Below are positions 42,198 to 52,124 of a DNA stretch of 64,000 nucleotides, in pieces. The translations under genes were made by a program, and so were the position numbers. The notes under the pieces were generated by a model. The model was given only the letters and a program-made list of their open reading frames with translations, was not told the origin of the DNA and did not search any database. The stretch is from the NCBI GenBank assembly GCA_965203315.1, contig OZ241857.1, positions 1,600,001-1,664,000 of the forward strand, given 5' to 3'. This stretch comes from Nitrosopumilus sp. (GTDB taxonomy: Archaea > Thermoproteota > Nitrososphaeria > Nitrososphaerales > Nitrosopumilaceae). Each line of letters begins with the position of its first letter. The first letter of the stretch is position 1.

Positions 42198-43403
42198 ATG
42201 TCGATCAAACTTGGATTGATAGGCAAAACCAATACTGGCAAGACCACCTTCTTCAACTCTGCAACATTGTCATCTGGCGAGATCTCGTCATACCCGTTTA
42301 CAACAAAACGCCCCGAGTTTGGAGTGGGTCATGCTATAACACTATGTGTTCATCCAGAGTTTAAACTACAAGATGATCCAAACAACTCCAAATGTAGTGA
42401 TGGATGGCGTTACATTCCCATCGAGTTGATCGATCTACCTGGTTTGATAAAAGGTGCATGGTCAGGTAAGGGACTTGGAAATCAATTTCTAACAATTGCA
42501 GCACAATCAGATGCACTGTTACATATAGTCGATGCCTCTGGCGGAATAGATGCAACTGGAAAGATCACTACAACTGGAACAGGTGATCCAATATCAGATC
42601 TTGCGGATATCGAAGAAGAGCTGGTAATGTGGTATAACAAGATATTTGAAGGCAATAGAGACAAAGTATCCAAACTGATTAGAGCAGGTTCTGATACCGA
42701 GTCTGCGATATCAGATCTATATCGTGGAATAGGTGTAAATCGTGATCACGTAAAGAACGCAATCGCCTCTGCCCAACTCGAGTCCAAACATATCGATGAT
42801 TACACTATATCTGATAGTAAACTCTTTGCAGGGTGTCTGAGGCGATTCTCCAAGCCTACGTTGATTGTAGCAAACAAGATCGATGTCGAAGGTGCAGACA
42901 AGAACTTTATTCGATTGCAAGAACGATATCGTGACTCGATCGTGATTCCTGCTAGTGGTGATAGCGAGTACAGTCTTCGACTAGCTGAACAACGTGGTCT
43001 CATCCGATACTCGCCTGGCTCGGAGCAGTTTGAGATACTCCAACAAGACAAACTAAACACTAAACAGCTTGATGCCTTGGACTTTATCAAACGAGGCATA
43101 ATGGGAGAGTATATGCGAACTGGAGTACAGTTTGCAGTAAACGTTGCTGTGTTCAAGTTATTGAAGATGAACTCGATATATCCAGTGGCTGATGCTGATA
43201 AACTCTGCGACAAACAAGGACGTGTTCTACCTGATCTCATTCTATTAAAAGATGGTGCAAATATAGGTGATCTTGCTAAAGAGATACACACCGATCTCAC
43301 AAAAGGTCTGCTGTATGCCAAAGATGTGCGGTATAACCTCAGACTTCCTATCGACTATCAGCTTCGGGATCGAGATGTCGTATCACTAGTCAACGCAATA
43401 TGA
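42198..43403 (+). CDS. ychF: YchF/Obg-family GTPase
   Basis: GKTNTGKT, YPFTT, DLPG, GLGNQFL, NKID, TGS domain. Confidence 0.92.
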   Translation: MSIKLGLIGKTNTGKTTFFNSATLSSGEISSYPFTTKRPEFGVGHAITLCVHPEFKLQDDPNNSKCSDGWRYIPIELIDLPGLIKGAWSGKGLGNQFLTIAAQSDALLHIVDASGGIDATGKITTTGTGDPISDLADIEEELVMWYNKIFEGNRDKVSKLIRAGSDTESAISDLYRGIGVNRDHVKNAIASAQLESKHIDDYTISDSKLFAGCLRRFSKPTLIVANKIDVEGADKNFIRLQERYRDSIVIPASGDSEYSLRLAEQRGLIRYSPGSEQFEILQQDKLNTKQLDALDFIKRGIMGEYMRTGVQFAVNVAVFKLLKMNSIYPVADADKLCDKQGRVLPDLILLKDGANIGDLAKEIHTDLTKGLLYAKDVRYNLRLPIDYQLRDRDVVSLVNAI

Positions 43404-43579
43404 GATCTCTTTCTAGCTCTTGTTCGCAGTACTGCCTTACAACATATGCAACGAGTATCGTTTATACACATAAAGATGTCACAAAAAGTACATCGCTTTT
43501 GTCCTATCTCGTATCTGATCTTATTTGGTGCAGGCTTGGCTTTATACATACAACATATGTTTCGACACGTTCTACCCAT
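43358..43579 (-). CDS. Small Cys-rich Zn-binding protein downstream of the TFB paralogue
   Basis: CRNIC...RYEIGQKRCTFC...RCICCKAVLRT; start overlaps the TFB stop. Confidence 0.6.
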   Translation of the reverse strand: MGRTCRNICCMYKAKPAPNKIRYEIGQKRCTFCDIFMCINDTRCICCKAVLRTRARKRSHIALTSDTTSRSRS

Positions 43580-44468
43580 CTAGATCATCTCCCACAACTT
43601 GACGAATCTCTCTTGTCCTATCTCGAATAGTTACAGCACTAATTCCTGACACATCTGCGATTTTTACTTGTGATATATTCTCTGCATTTATTATAGAAGC
43701 TAGATGTATAGCAGCAGCGGCCATCGCCACTGGATTCTTACTCGTTGTAATGTTCTTTCTTTGAGCAATATCTAGTATGTCTAGTGCACACCTCTCTGTC
43801 CTCTCTGATACCGGAATCGATTTTGCAATTCTTGGTACAAACTCGATTGGACTATATGCGACCGGCGTGATATCCATCTTTTTTATTATAAATCGATATA
43901 TCTTTTGTAGATTCTTCTTTTTGATGTTTCCTGCTGTTGCAATGTCTTGAAGTGTTCGTGGGGTATTTGTGAGTCTACATGTTATGTATATTGCAGCACA
44001 CAGTGCACTAGTAGTTGATCGTCCAGATAGTATCTTCTTTGCTACCATCTTTCTAAAAAAGTGCGCTGTCTGTTCAACTATTGGCTCTGGCAACCCAAGC
44101 CGACCTGCCATGCCATCTAGTAGAATGAATGCTTTCTGAAACGACTTGGTCGACAAGGCATATCTGCTGTTTCTGTCCCACATCCTTAAACGATAGAACA
44201 TTCGTTTATTCTCACTTGACAGATCCCTGCCAGTAACATCTTTGTCTTTTGACTCGATGATTGTAGACAGTCCCATGTCTACCATCTTTAACGAGATCTT
44301 TTGTCCAGTTCTAGATTCGTTATAATGTTCTCCAGTACTCTCAGGTCCTGTGTAAAACACTCTCTCTGAACAGACTGCACCACAATTACTACAAGCAATC
44401 TCGCCTGTATGATAATCTGTAACTATATTACTACTCTTGCAATCTGCCTGATGAACTATCTCTACCAA
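43572..44468 (-). CDS. tfb: TFB paralogue (divergent B-reader)
   Basis: TDYHTGEIACSNCG, RLRMWD, PRTLQDIA, GISAVTIRDR; lacks EWRSF. Confidence 0.9.
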   Translation of the reverse strand: MVEIVHQADCKSSNIVTDYHTGEIACSNCGAVCSERVFYTGPESTGEHYNESRTGQKISLKMVDMGLSTIIESKDKDVTGRDLSSENKRMFYRLRMWDRNSRYALSTKSFQKAFILLDGMAGRLGLPEPIVEQTAHFFRKMVAKKILSGRSTTSALCAAIYITCRLTNTPRTLQDIATAGNIKKKNLQKIYRFIIKKMDITPVAYSPIEFVPRIAKSIPVSERTERCALDILDIAQRKNITTSKNPVAMAAAAIHLASIINAENISQVKIADVSGISAVTIRDRTREIRQVVGDDLDG

Positions 44469-44519
44469 TATGTTGTATATTGTCTTTGAAATTATTTAAA
44501 GCGACAATCATATTCAAAC

Positions 44520-44558
44520 TAGTGCTAAACCAGGTATTTACAAAAACTTTTGGCACCA
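44520..44558. promoter_or_regulatory. Putative operator: inverted TAGTGCTAA-N21-TTGGCACCA upstream of the TFB paralogue
   Basis: About 20 bp upstream of a minus-strand TTTAAATA TATA box (44493-44500). Confidence 0.6.
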
Positions 44559-44814
44559 TGTCGTAAATACATACATAGTTAAATTCTCAAATATGCGCTA
44601 AATTTTATGTCTTGTGTTTTGTTTACCATTTGTAGATTTTACATAAAACCTATGATCAACTTTGAGTCGTGTCAACCATTGAATCATACACGTCTGAACT
44701 CTAGTGCTAAAGATGTTAATTCAAATATCTTGATAGACATCTCTGCAAATTCGTTATCGTCTAGATATACTAGGCACGGTTTTAAATCATATTCAACTTG
44801 TACGTGATGTATAG

Positions 44815-45252
44815 ATGAGTTACTCTTTTCGACTACAATCTCACTCCTCACTCCCACAATCGGTATTGTACAAGATAAGTACAGATATTTCCAACTTTGA
44901 TAAAGTCATGCCTAATCACTTTCGTTCAATTGATATAGTAAAGTCTAGTGCCAACACGATCACAACCAAGGAGCATATCGTCTTTTTACATATTCCGATA
45001 ACTATCAAAGTACATCACAAGATTGTACCGCCGGATATGCATCAAGTAGATATCTCGAGTGGACCATTTTCTGGCACGCAGTTTGTTGAGCGCTATACAC
45101 CTCATCATACTGGAACAATTATAACTATAGATGTGACACTCCCTTGCTATCTACAACTCTTTAAACCTGTTAGATATCTCGTATCCAAAATAATGCTTAA
45201 TACCTTGGAGCAATTTGTTATGTCTGCAGAGATGTACGAGTCCAAGAGATAG
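44815..45252 (+). CDS. SRPBCC / polyketide-cyclase-like protein
   Basis: YKISTDISNFDKVMP...ISSGPFSG pattern. Confidence 0.72.
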   Translation: MSYSFRLQSHSSLPQSVLYKISTDISNFDKVMPNHFRSIDIVKSSANTITTKEHIVFLHIPITIKVHHKIVPPDMHQVDISSGPFSGTQFVERYTPHHTGTIITIDVTLPCYLQLFKPVRYLVSKIMLNTLEQFVMSAEMYESKR

Positions 45253-45270
45253 TTGGCACTATAGTGCAAA
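45253..45270. promoter_or_regulatory. Putative operator palindrome TTGGCACTA-TAGTGCAAA
   Basis: In a short intergenic gap, 12 bp before the TATA-like ATAAATAT of the desaturase-like gene. Confidence 0.62.
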
Positions 45271-45310
45271 TAGCTTTGCAGAATAAATATCTTGATTATG
45301 TATGCTGATC

Positions 45311-46645
45311 ATGGTTTATGATGTTTTAGTAATTGGTGCCGGAGTTGGCGGATTGTCATCAGCTGCACTGTTGGCAAGACAAGGTTACTCTGTCAAAGTC
45401 GTCGAGCGTGCAGAGAAGGTTGGCGGCAGAATTGCATCTACTGTGTATCGCAACCATATATTGGATAATGGTTTTCATATAATGCCTTTTTATAAAAAAT
45501 CAGCAATCTATTCTATACTGAAAGAACTTGGGATAGAGTCAAGGTTACGTCTTGCCAAAGTTGATAACATTGCATTTTATGATAACGAATTTTATCGATA
45601 TCCAAAAGGGATTACAGATATTCTTCGAATGTCGATGATTCCAATAAAAAGTAGATTTCAATTATTGCGTCTATTACTTCCACTCGCATTCTCTTCTGTA
45701 TCGAGAACAGAACAATGGGATGATACTCCTCTTACAAACATAACTCATAATCTAGATTCGGCCACATCAGCATTCTTTGAAGCAGTATGCATGCTGGCGT
45801 TTGCTGACACTGCAGAACACATATCTCTAGGCGAGTTTGCGCGTACTATAATTCGAGCAAATCCATTCAAAGGAGGTACTAGCGAATTTGCATATCCACA
45901 CTCTGGTGGATACGATGCTATTACTAACCTCTTGGCAGACTATATTCATGAAGCAGGAGGTGAGATAGAGACAAGTTCTAGAGTACAACAGGTGATGGTC
46001 AAAGATTCAAAAGCAGTTGGTATTAAATTTGATTCAGGCGAATCTTTAAACGCACGATCAATAGTGATATCGTTTCCTGCATATCTTGCTCTACATCAAC
46101 TCTTTGAACCAAATATTATAGATCCCAAGTTTGTCGCAAAGATAGATCAACTCAACAAAACTACATCTGTGGTCGAAGTTCATTTTGCGCTACGATCACA
46201 GCTCGACTCTAGACAAGTGATCTTTCCTGTAGGGGACTATGTCACTAAAGGAATATTCTTCATCTCAAATATCACACCAAAAGTATCTCCTCTTGGAGAG
46301 CATCTGATAATTGCAGGCACACCTGTACCGCCTTCAATCCCAAAGAATCCTAGCAAGGTTAGAGACGTTGTTGATAAAATGAAACAAGAGATATCAACTA
46401 TCTATCCAAAATTCAAATCTGAACTCATCTGGGAGATGCCAAAAGCATGGAGTCTAGTCGAGTCAGTAGTCAAGGAACCAGGCAAGGTGTGGTTATCCAA
46501 GATGCCACACCAGATATCTGGAATTGACGGTCTATTCTTTGTAGGTGATTCTACTGTAAGCTATGGGATTGGAACCGACTCTGCTGCGCACAGCTCTATA
46601 CTATGTCATCCAAAGATCAATACCTATCTGTCAAATACTTCGTAA
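45311..46645 (+). CDS. Phytoene-desaturase-like FAD oxidoreductase
   Basis: VIGAGVGGLSSAALLA, VERAEKVGGR, LDNGFH, YPHSGG, LFFVGD. Confidence 0.8.
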   Translation: MVYDVLVIGAGVGGLSSAALLARQGYSVKVVERAEKVGGRIASTVYRNHILDNGFHIMPFYKKSAIYSILKELGIESRLRLAKVDNIAFYDNEFYRYPKGITDILRMSMIPIKSRFQLLRLLLPLAFSSVSRTEQWDDTPLTNITHNLDSATSAFFEAVCMLAFADTAEHISLGEFARTIIRANPFKGGTSEFAYPHSGGYDAITNLLADYIHEAGGEIETSSRVQQVMVKDSKAVGIKFDSGESLNARSIVISFPAYLALHQLFEPNIIDPKFVAKIDQLNKTTSVVEVHFALRSQLDSRQVIFPVGDYVTKGIFFISNITPKVSPLGEHLIIAGTPVPPSIPKNPSKVRDVVDKMKQEISTIYPKFKSELIWEMPKAWSLVESVVKEPGKVWLSKMPHQISGIDGLFFVGDSTVSYGIGTDSAAHSSILCHPKINTYLSNTS

Positions 46646-47473
46646 GATCTTTGGAATCTCATCAAGCTCAACATCGCCTACGACACGTGCTGCAAGTTTA
46701 GGGATATCTTTGGTGTGCAATGCATATCCACCAACTAGGATCGGTTTGTTGTATGTGTCATTGATCTTTTTGATCAATCTCTGACCTGCTACTATGTTCT
46801 CAGGCAGAGTTATTGAAACAAAGACTACGTCAGGATCATTATCTCTAATAAAGTCTAGAATCGCTCTAGTTGGAATAGATGTTCCCATATTGTATACTCT
46901 ATATCCTCTTGTAGTTAGATACGTCTCTAGTACATCACATCCTAGATGGTGCTCTTCGCCCACCGGAACACAGATCATTATCTTCTTTTTATTCCCTTTA
47001 TTGGATACGCGACTCATGATTATCTTTATCAATGTCTGTGCAACGTTACTTGCTACATGCTCGGTGGCAATTCCAATCTTACCGTTGGCCCAATCCTGAC
47101 CTATATCCTTCATGACTGGTCGTAATATCTTGTCAAAAAATCCTGCCTCCGCAAAAGATTTCGCATACATGTCGTATATCTTTAAACACTCTTGAATATC
47201 TCCTTCTGTCAATTTCTGGTACAGATTCTTCTTTGATCTATTTGTTGCTCTATCTCTTTTTTTGATATCTTTTGGACTATGTGCTGCAAGAGCAGAGAGT
47301 ATCTTTGGGTCGTTGCGATATTGTACTGGAATATCATCTTGTTCAACTTGTGATGCTTTTCCGAGATACTTTACTATCTTTTGCTTTGACGTGTTCTGTT
47401 TAGAGTCCCAGACACTCTTTACCAAGTATAGATACCTGTCCGACTTTATCTTCTTGACTCTGATGTATACCAT
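46631..47473 (-). CDS. CarH/LitR-type cobalamin-binding regulator with atypical N-terminal domain
   Basis: W-ANGKIGIAT-EH (Wx9EH), GEEHHLG, VSIT and VGG B12 motifs. Confidence 0.85.
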   Translation of the reverse strand: MVYIRVKKIKSDRYLYLVKSVWDSKQNTSKQKIVKYLGKASQVEQDDIPVQYRNDPKILSALAAHSPKDIKKRDRATNRSKKNLYQKLTEGDIQECLKIYDMYAKSFAEAGFFDKILRPVMKDIGQDWANGKIGIATEHVASNVAQTLIKIIMSRVSNKGNKKKIMICVPVGEEHHLGCDVLETYLTTRGYRVYNMGTSIPTRAILDFIRDNDPDVVFVSITLPENIVAGQRLIKKINDTYNKPILVGGYALHTKDIPKLAARVVGDVELDEIPKILRSI

Positions 47474-47504
47474 CTGTTTGATATGTCTGCTTTTGATATA
47501 TAAC

Positions 47505-47598
47505 TAATGCCAATTTTACAATATAGTGCCAACTTTTTGTTATTTACTTGGCACTATAAAGTATTTTTAACACTAGTTTAAATTCATAGTAGTGCCAT
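47505..47598. promoter_or_regulatory. Divergent promoter with four boxes, including the perfect inverted pair TATAGTGCCAA-N15-TTGGCACTATA
   Basis: TAATGCCAA 47505, TAGTGCCAA 47524, TTGGCACTA 47548, TAGTGCCAT 47590; TATA-like elements near 47495 (-) and 47577 (+). Confidence 0.72.
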
Positions 47599-47607
47599 GA
47601 TATTCTA

Positions 47608-48945
47608 ATGAAAAAGACAGTTCTCGTAACAGGATGCACTGGCTTCATTGGTTCTAGACTGATATCACGGCTTGGAGAATTAGACTATAGTGTACTGGGA
47701 ATGAGTCGACGAGATCTAGATGATACAGATAACATTAGATATGTCAAAGCTGATGTCTTTGATCTAGACAACCTGATAGATGCCATGCGTGGAGTTGATG
47801 TAGCATATTATCTACTACATTCGATGGAAGGCAGTCGAGACAAGTGGCAACAGTTTGCAGGACGAGAGAGAATACAAGCACAGAACTTTCTCAAAGCAGC
47901 TACTATCTGTGGAGTAAAGAGGATCATATATCTTGGCGGTCTAGTTGATGACTCTCTAGATCTATCCCCTCACATGAAGAGTCGAATAGATGTTGGTAAA
48001 ATATTGGCATCTGGTGATATTCCTGTAACTGAACTTCGAGCATCTATAATTATTGGTGCACAGAGTGGCTCTTTTACAATGTTGCGTTATCTGGTAGAGC
48101 GACTATCTGTAATGATATGTCCTTCGTGGGTAAACTCTCTTGCGCAGCCAATCGCAGTTGGTGATGTAATCGAATATCTTGTTAGATGTATAGGGGTTGA
48201 TGAGACAGAAGGTAAGATATTTGAGATTGGTGGTCCAAAACAACTCACCTACAAGGATCTACTATATGCCTATGCCGAATACCTTGGCAAAAATATCTAC
48301 ATCTTGCAGATCCCATTTCTCACAACTAGACTCTCTTCGTACTGGGTTGATCTGATAACTCCTGTCAAAGCAGCACTTGCACGTCCACTAGTGGATAGTC
48401 TTGTACACGATACAGTTGTGACTAGTAGACCTATACACGATCTCATTCCTTTGAAACTCAAGTCATTTGAAGAAGCGATCGATATAGCAGTACATGAGAT
48501 GAGTGATTCCCCTCCACATCTCAAACTAACAGAGAAGACAAGTTTTTGTACAAATCAACGAATTCTTCAAGTGTCACTGGTCGCAATGATGATCATAGGT
48601 ACTACATACTATTGGCTAGATGACAGATCAGATGTCTTTCATGTACTGTGGCTGTTTGCTGCGTTCTTGTGGTATACATCTTGCATCTCTGCAATCTTTT
48701 TGATCCAAAAGAAGACTCGACTTGGATATGTTCTTGCTGGTATATTGTCGTGGATAACTCTGGCATTCTGGCTCTTTGACAACTATTATGTTGTATTTGG
48801 TGATACAGCTATTGCTGGTATGCCAAATGATGCGATGACTAGTCGTAACTTTGTCGGAATGTTTGTAGCGGCCATCTCTATCGTTGCATCACATAACCTA
48901 TTTCACAAGATTGTAAAGTATCAGTTTAAGGGAAGACAAATCTAG
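47608..48945 (+). CDS. YbjT-like NAD(P)-binding (SDR) protein with C-terminal membrane domain
   Basis: VTGCTGFIG, YYLLHSM, ELRASIIIG, QPIAVGDV, SSYWVDLITPV; about four TM helices at the end. Confidence 0.82.
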   Translation: MKKTVLVTGCTGFIGSRLISRLGELDYSVLGMSRRDLDDTDNIRYVKADVFDLDNLIDAMRGVDVAYYLLHSMEGSRDKWQQFAGRERIQAQNFLKAATICGVKRIIYLGGLVDDSLDLSPHMKSRIDVGKILASGDIPVTELRASIIIGAQSGSFTMLRYLVERLSVMICPSWVNSLAQPIAVGDVIEYLVRCIGVDETEGKIFEIGGPKQLTYKDLLYAYAEYLGKNIYILQIPFLTTRLSSYWVDLITPVKAALARPLVDSLVHDTVVTSRPIHDLIPLKLKSFEEAIDIAVHEMSDSPPHLKLTEKTSFCTNQRILQVSLVAMMIIGTTYYWLDDRSDVFHVLWLFAAFLWYTSCISAIFLIQKKTRLGYVLAGILSWITLAFWLFDNYYVVFGDTAIAGMPNDAMTSRNFVGMFVAAISIVASHNLFHKIVKYQFKGRQI

Positions 48946-49104
48946 TACGTGATATTTTCATATATGACGAACCATGTCAATGATCTCTACAAGATAAATT
49001 TTCAGATGGTAATATGTGATTATATTACATACACTAGAATTTAGAACTTGATCTTTACAGATACTATGATTCTGATATAAACCTCAATAATTTTTATATC
49101 TGCC

Positions 49105-49983
49105 TTGCCGTTGTTTAATATGTCTAAATCACAAGAGAATACTGAATATATGTTGTGTAATGTATGCTTTGAACCATTTATGTATAATGATGTAAAATGG
49201 CTCCCAGAGAAGACAAAGTATTTTTCTAACAAAAATTTTAAACACGTACTTAAGGGTCTCGAAGATAAATCATTTGTTGAGTCATTTAAGAAAAAAAGAA
49301 AAGAGATGCTGGATTTGCAAAAGAGATTTCATAATGGTGATTATGACTCGATCGTAGATGACTTTATAAATATGCATAAAGTAGGTATAGAAATCGAAGA
49401 AATTAAGATGTACAAGATTCATATGTTGAATGTTGTTAAAAGACTGCGTAATAATTTAGATGATGACATGAAACGACATGTGGATAACCTTACGCAGTAT
49501 CCTGGACTAGTATTTGGCTGCTATGATTTTTCATATACCTCGAGGTGTCCACACTGCACGTTCCCAACAGTTCTAGTGTGGCGTGGACACGAGTCACTAA
49601 AGCGCTGTATAAAAATTAAGAGCAAGGATGACGACGACAAGAGTACATTTAGATGTATATCGTGCAGTACCGAATTGATTGCAGAGCACCATATTTGGAA
49701 ACGTGTTGATACTCCTAAAGGCATATATCTGGAAACCATCTGTCAAAAATGCAATAAAGCACAACCATATCCCTATGGTTTCAATTCCCTTTCAAATGTA
49801 GTCGAGAGTGGAGGACCACACTCTAGAATAGAATATGAAAAAATTCCTAAATGGATGATCACTGTACCTAGGTCGTATATTTGTGTTGATATTGGAGTAT
49901 TGGATTCTCAAATATACACTGTACCTGACAACAGAGAGATTGCGGACGCTGCATCGATTCTATTTACATTCTGGAAAAATTGA
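49105..49983 (+). CDS. Hypothetical multi-CxxC protein, paralogue of 33369-34277
   Basis: CNVC, CPHC, CISC, CQKC plus the shared blocks. Confidence 0.75.
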   Translation: MPLFNMSKSQENTEYMLCNVCFEPFMYNDVKWLPEKTKYFSNKNFKHVLKGLEDKSFVESFKKKRKEMLDLQKRFHNGDYDSIVDDFINMHKVGIEIEEIKMYKIHMLNVVKRLRNNLDDDMKRHVDNLTQYPGLVFGCYDFSYTSRCPHCTFPTVLVWRGHESLKRCIKIKSKDDDDKSTFRCISCSTELIAEHHIWKRVDTPKGIYLETICQKCNKAQPYPYGFNSLSNVVESGGPHSRIEYEKIPKWMITVPRSYICVDIGVLDSQIYTVPDNREIADAASILFTFWKN

Positions 49984-50413
49984 CCCATGTGTTGATGATC
50001 TGAATGTGCTTGTTAGACTGTGGCAATTGCTTTTTGAGTCCCTCCTCAATGAAGTCTATTTTTAATATGATTGATCACAATAACTGATGTCAAGTTAGCA
50101 GAAAAGACAAGAGCCGATAAACCAGATATCTCTAGAGACATGAACATAACATTTTGATAGACAAACATGAAAGAGATATGTTAAAGAACATTTAGCAATT
50201 GTGATCGAAGAACTGGAATCCAAACTTGCATGATTCCAACATAATTACGTGATTGGTCATCTTGAGTTTTCTATCGCTGGGTATGTCAGGATCTATTGTA
50301 GTCTTGCTCAAATATAATCAATTATTATTTGGATTTATTGATTTGTCGTCAATCATATCTGAATTACTGTGCAGATATAGTATAAAAAACCTAATGAATA
50401 AAAGTATCTGCTA

Positions 50414-51568
50414 ATGGTCAATTCTGTTGATATTCGTCATGCTCTACTAGATCAATGGAATCGACAACTAGCTCAACATACTTTGTACCACTCAGACTCG
50501 TTAAGTGGTGCCAGTCCACCATCTGTATTTGTAGGATCGTATGGATACCCCAAAGTGCTTGTAGGACCTATGGTTCCGCCAACACACGGTGACACAAGTC
50601 TACTCGATAGTCCAGAACAATGGAAAGATATGTCGCTTGATGAGATCATAAACTTTAGACTCAATCTAGTTCGTGGTACGCAAAAGACGCCTATCGATCA
50701 AACAGATACTAGATACATACAAGAACTCCAAGTATTGAGCATGTCATCAAGACCTATCGATACTGATCTAGAATTTGATCAACCGATCAAGCCTATTGTA
50801 TCACTTGACGATCACAGTCCTGTATTTGGTCCAATGGGACAGATAACTAATGCTCGATTTGGTTCTGCATCTACACTTCGACCTATTGAGAGAGTCTTTT
50901 ACGATCGAGATCTTGGCGCAGCAGATGCTGTATTGAATCTATATCGAGCAGATGTCGAGATCTCTAGAATTCAACGTTGTTTTAGTATTGGTATGTTGGG
51001 TAAGAGTCGATCTCTAGTACCAACTCGTTGGAGTATTACTGCAACCGACGATATCATATCGAGATCTCTTGCTGATGATATCTTGGATCACTCTCTCATC
51101 GACTCTTGTATGGTGTTCACATATGCACATCTTGGAAACAAGTTTGTTGTAATACTGTTTCCGCACAGATGGCTCTATGAGATGATCGAGGCATGGTACT
51201 CTGATGGTGTATTGGGGTTTGGTTCTGATCATGAAGATGCACGTGGGATATCACATCCGCCAGCAATTGCTGGCGCATACTTTGCTGCTAAACTTGGCGT
51301 CTTGGAGTATCTTTCACATATACAGAGACAGGCTGGAGTCTTGATATTGCGTGAGATCAGTCCCGAGTATGCGCTTCCGGTCGGAGTATGGCAGATTCGT
51401 GAAGGTGTGCGGGCAGCTATGCAACAGATGCCCATAATGCTTGAATCCTTTGATGTTGCACTAGACGTGGCTACAAAGATGACAAACATTGCCACCCACG
51501 AGTGGCTTAAACACGGTCACATCTTCGAGATGCTTAGACAAAAGGTGTTGTCTGATTTTGTGATATAA
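50414..51568 (+). CDS. nreA: Nre-family (NreA) PCNA-interacting DNA repair protein
   Basis: SPPSVFVGSYGYPKV, LVPTRWSITATDD, GAYFAAKL, PVGVWQIRE; C-terminal PIP QKVLSDF. Confidence 0.9.
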   Translation: MVNSVDIRHALLDQWNRQLAQHTLYHSDSLSGASPPSVFVGSYGYPKVLVGPMVPPTHGDTSLLDSPEQWKDMSLDEIINFRLNLVRGTQKTPIDQTDTRYIQELQVLSMSSRPIDTDLEFDQPIKPIVSLDDHSPVFGPMGQITNARFGSASTLRPIERVFYDRDLGAADAVLNLYRADVEISRIQRCFSIGMLGKSRSLVPTRWSITATDDIISRSLADDILDHSLIDSCMVFTYAHLGNKFVVILFPHRWLYEMIEAWYSDGVLGFGSDHEDARGISHPPAIAGAYFAAKLGVLEYLSHIQRQAGVLILREISPEYALPVGVWQIREGVRAAMQQMPIMLESFDVALDVATKMTNIATHEWLKHGHIFEMLRQKVLSDFVI

Positions 51569-52073
51569 CTGATGTAAAGAGATCTCGCTGTGGTTCAGAG
51601 TACAGCAAAAAGTATGTTTGGTTGGCAAGATATGTTTTATTAAATTTGTAAATTATGGGGTTTATCGTAGCCAAGACTGTTCCTAACATTAACTCCTTAC
51701 GCTTGTATTTGTCTATCAATGCAATAAACGACATCTTTTCATTATGATCAAATTCATTCGAAAAATGTCCAAAGACGTGCATTATGACATTACTATGTGT
51801 CTTGATGGTTGGCTGTCGTTCTAACACTAGATGTAGATCTTTTTCGTATTTGGTTAGAATATTGTTCATCTCTCCATGTTTATAACTTGCAACTATTCTA
51901 CCAAGTGTCTTTAGTTTAGATTGGTCACGGGACATTATCAGATACTTGTTTCTCGCATGAAACTCTACTAGATGACGAATTCTAGCTAGTCTCTTAATGT
52001 GGTTGAATCTAGATGACACGAACTCGGTAATATCGCTATCTGATATCTCACTAGTTCCATTTGCTGACTCCAT
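51534..52073 (-). CDS. DUF1722 (YbgA-like) protein
   Basis: LVEFHARNKYLIMS, LGRIVA, HSNVIMHVFGHF, YLANQTYF. Confidence 0.88.
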   Translation of the reverse strand: MESANGTSEISDSDITEFVSSRFNHIKRLARIRHLVEFHARNKYLIMSRDQSKLKTLGRIVASYKHGEMNNILTKYEKDLHLVLERQPTIKTHSNVIMHVFGHFSNEFDHNEKMSFIALIDKYKRKELMLGTVLATINPIIYKFNKTYLANQTYFLLYSEPQRDLFTSVISQNQTTPFV

Positions 52074-52124
52074 CTATTTGATTTATGATCCTATGAATAT
52101 AAAGTCAGATCTTTTATATTTGAT

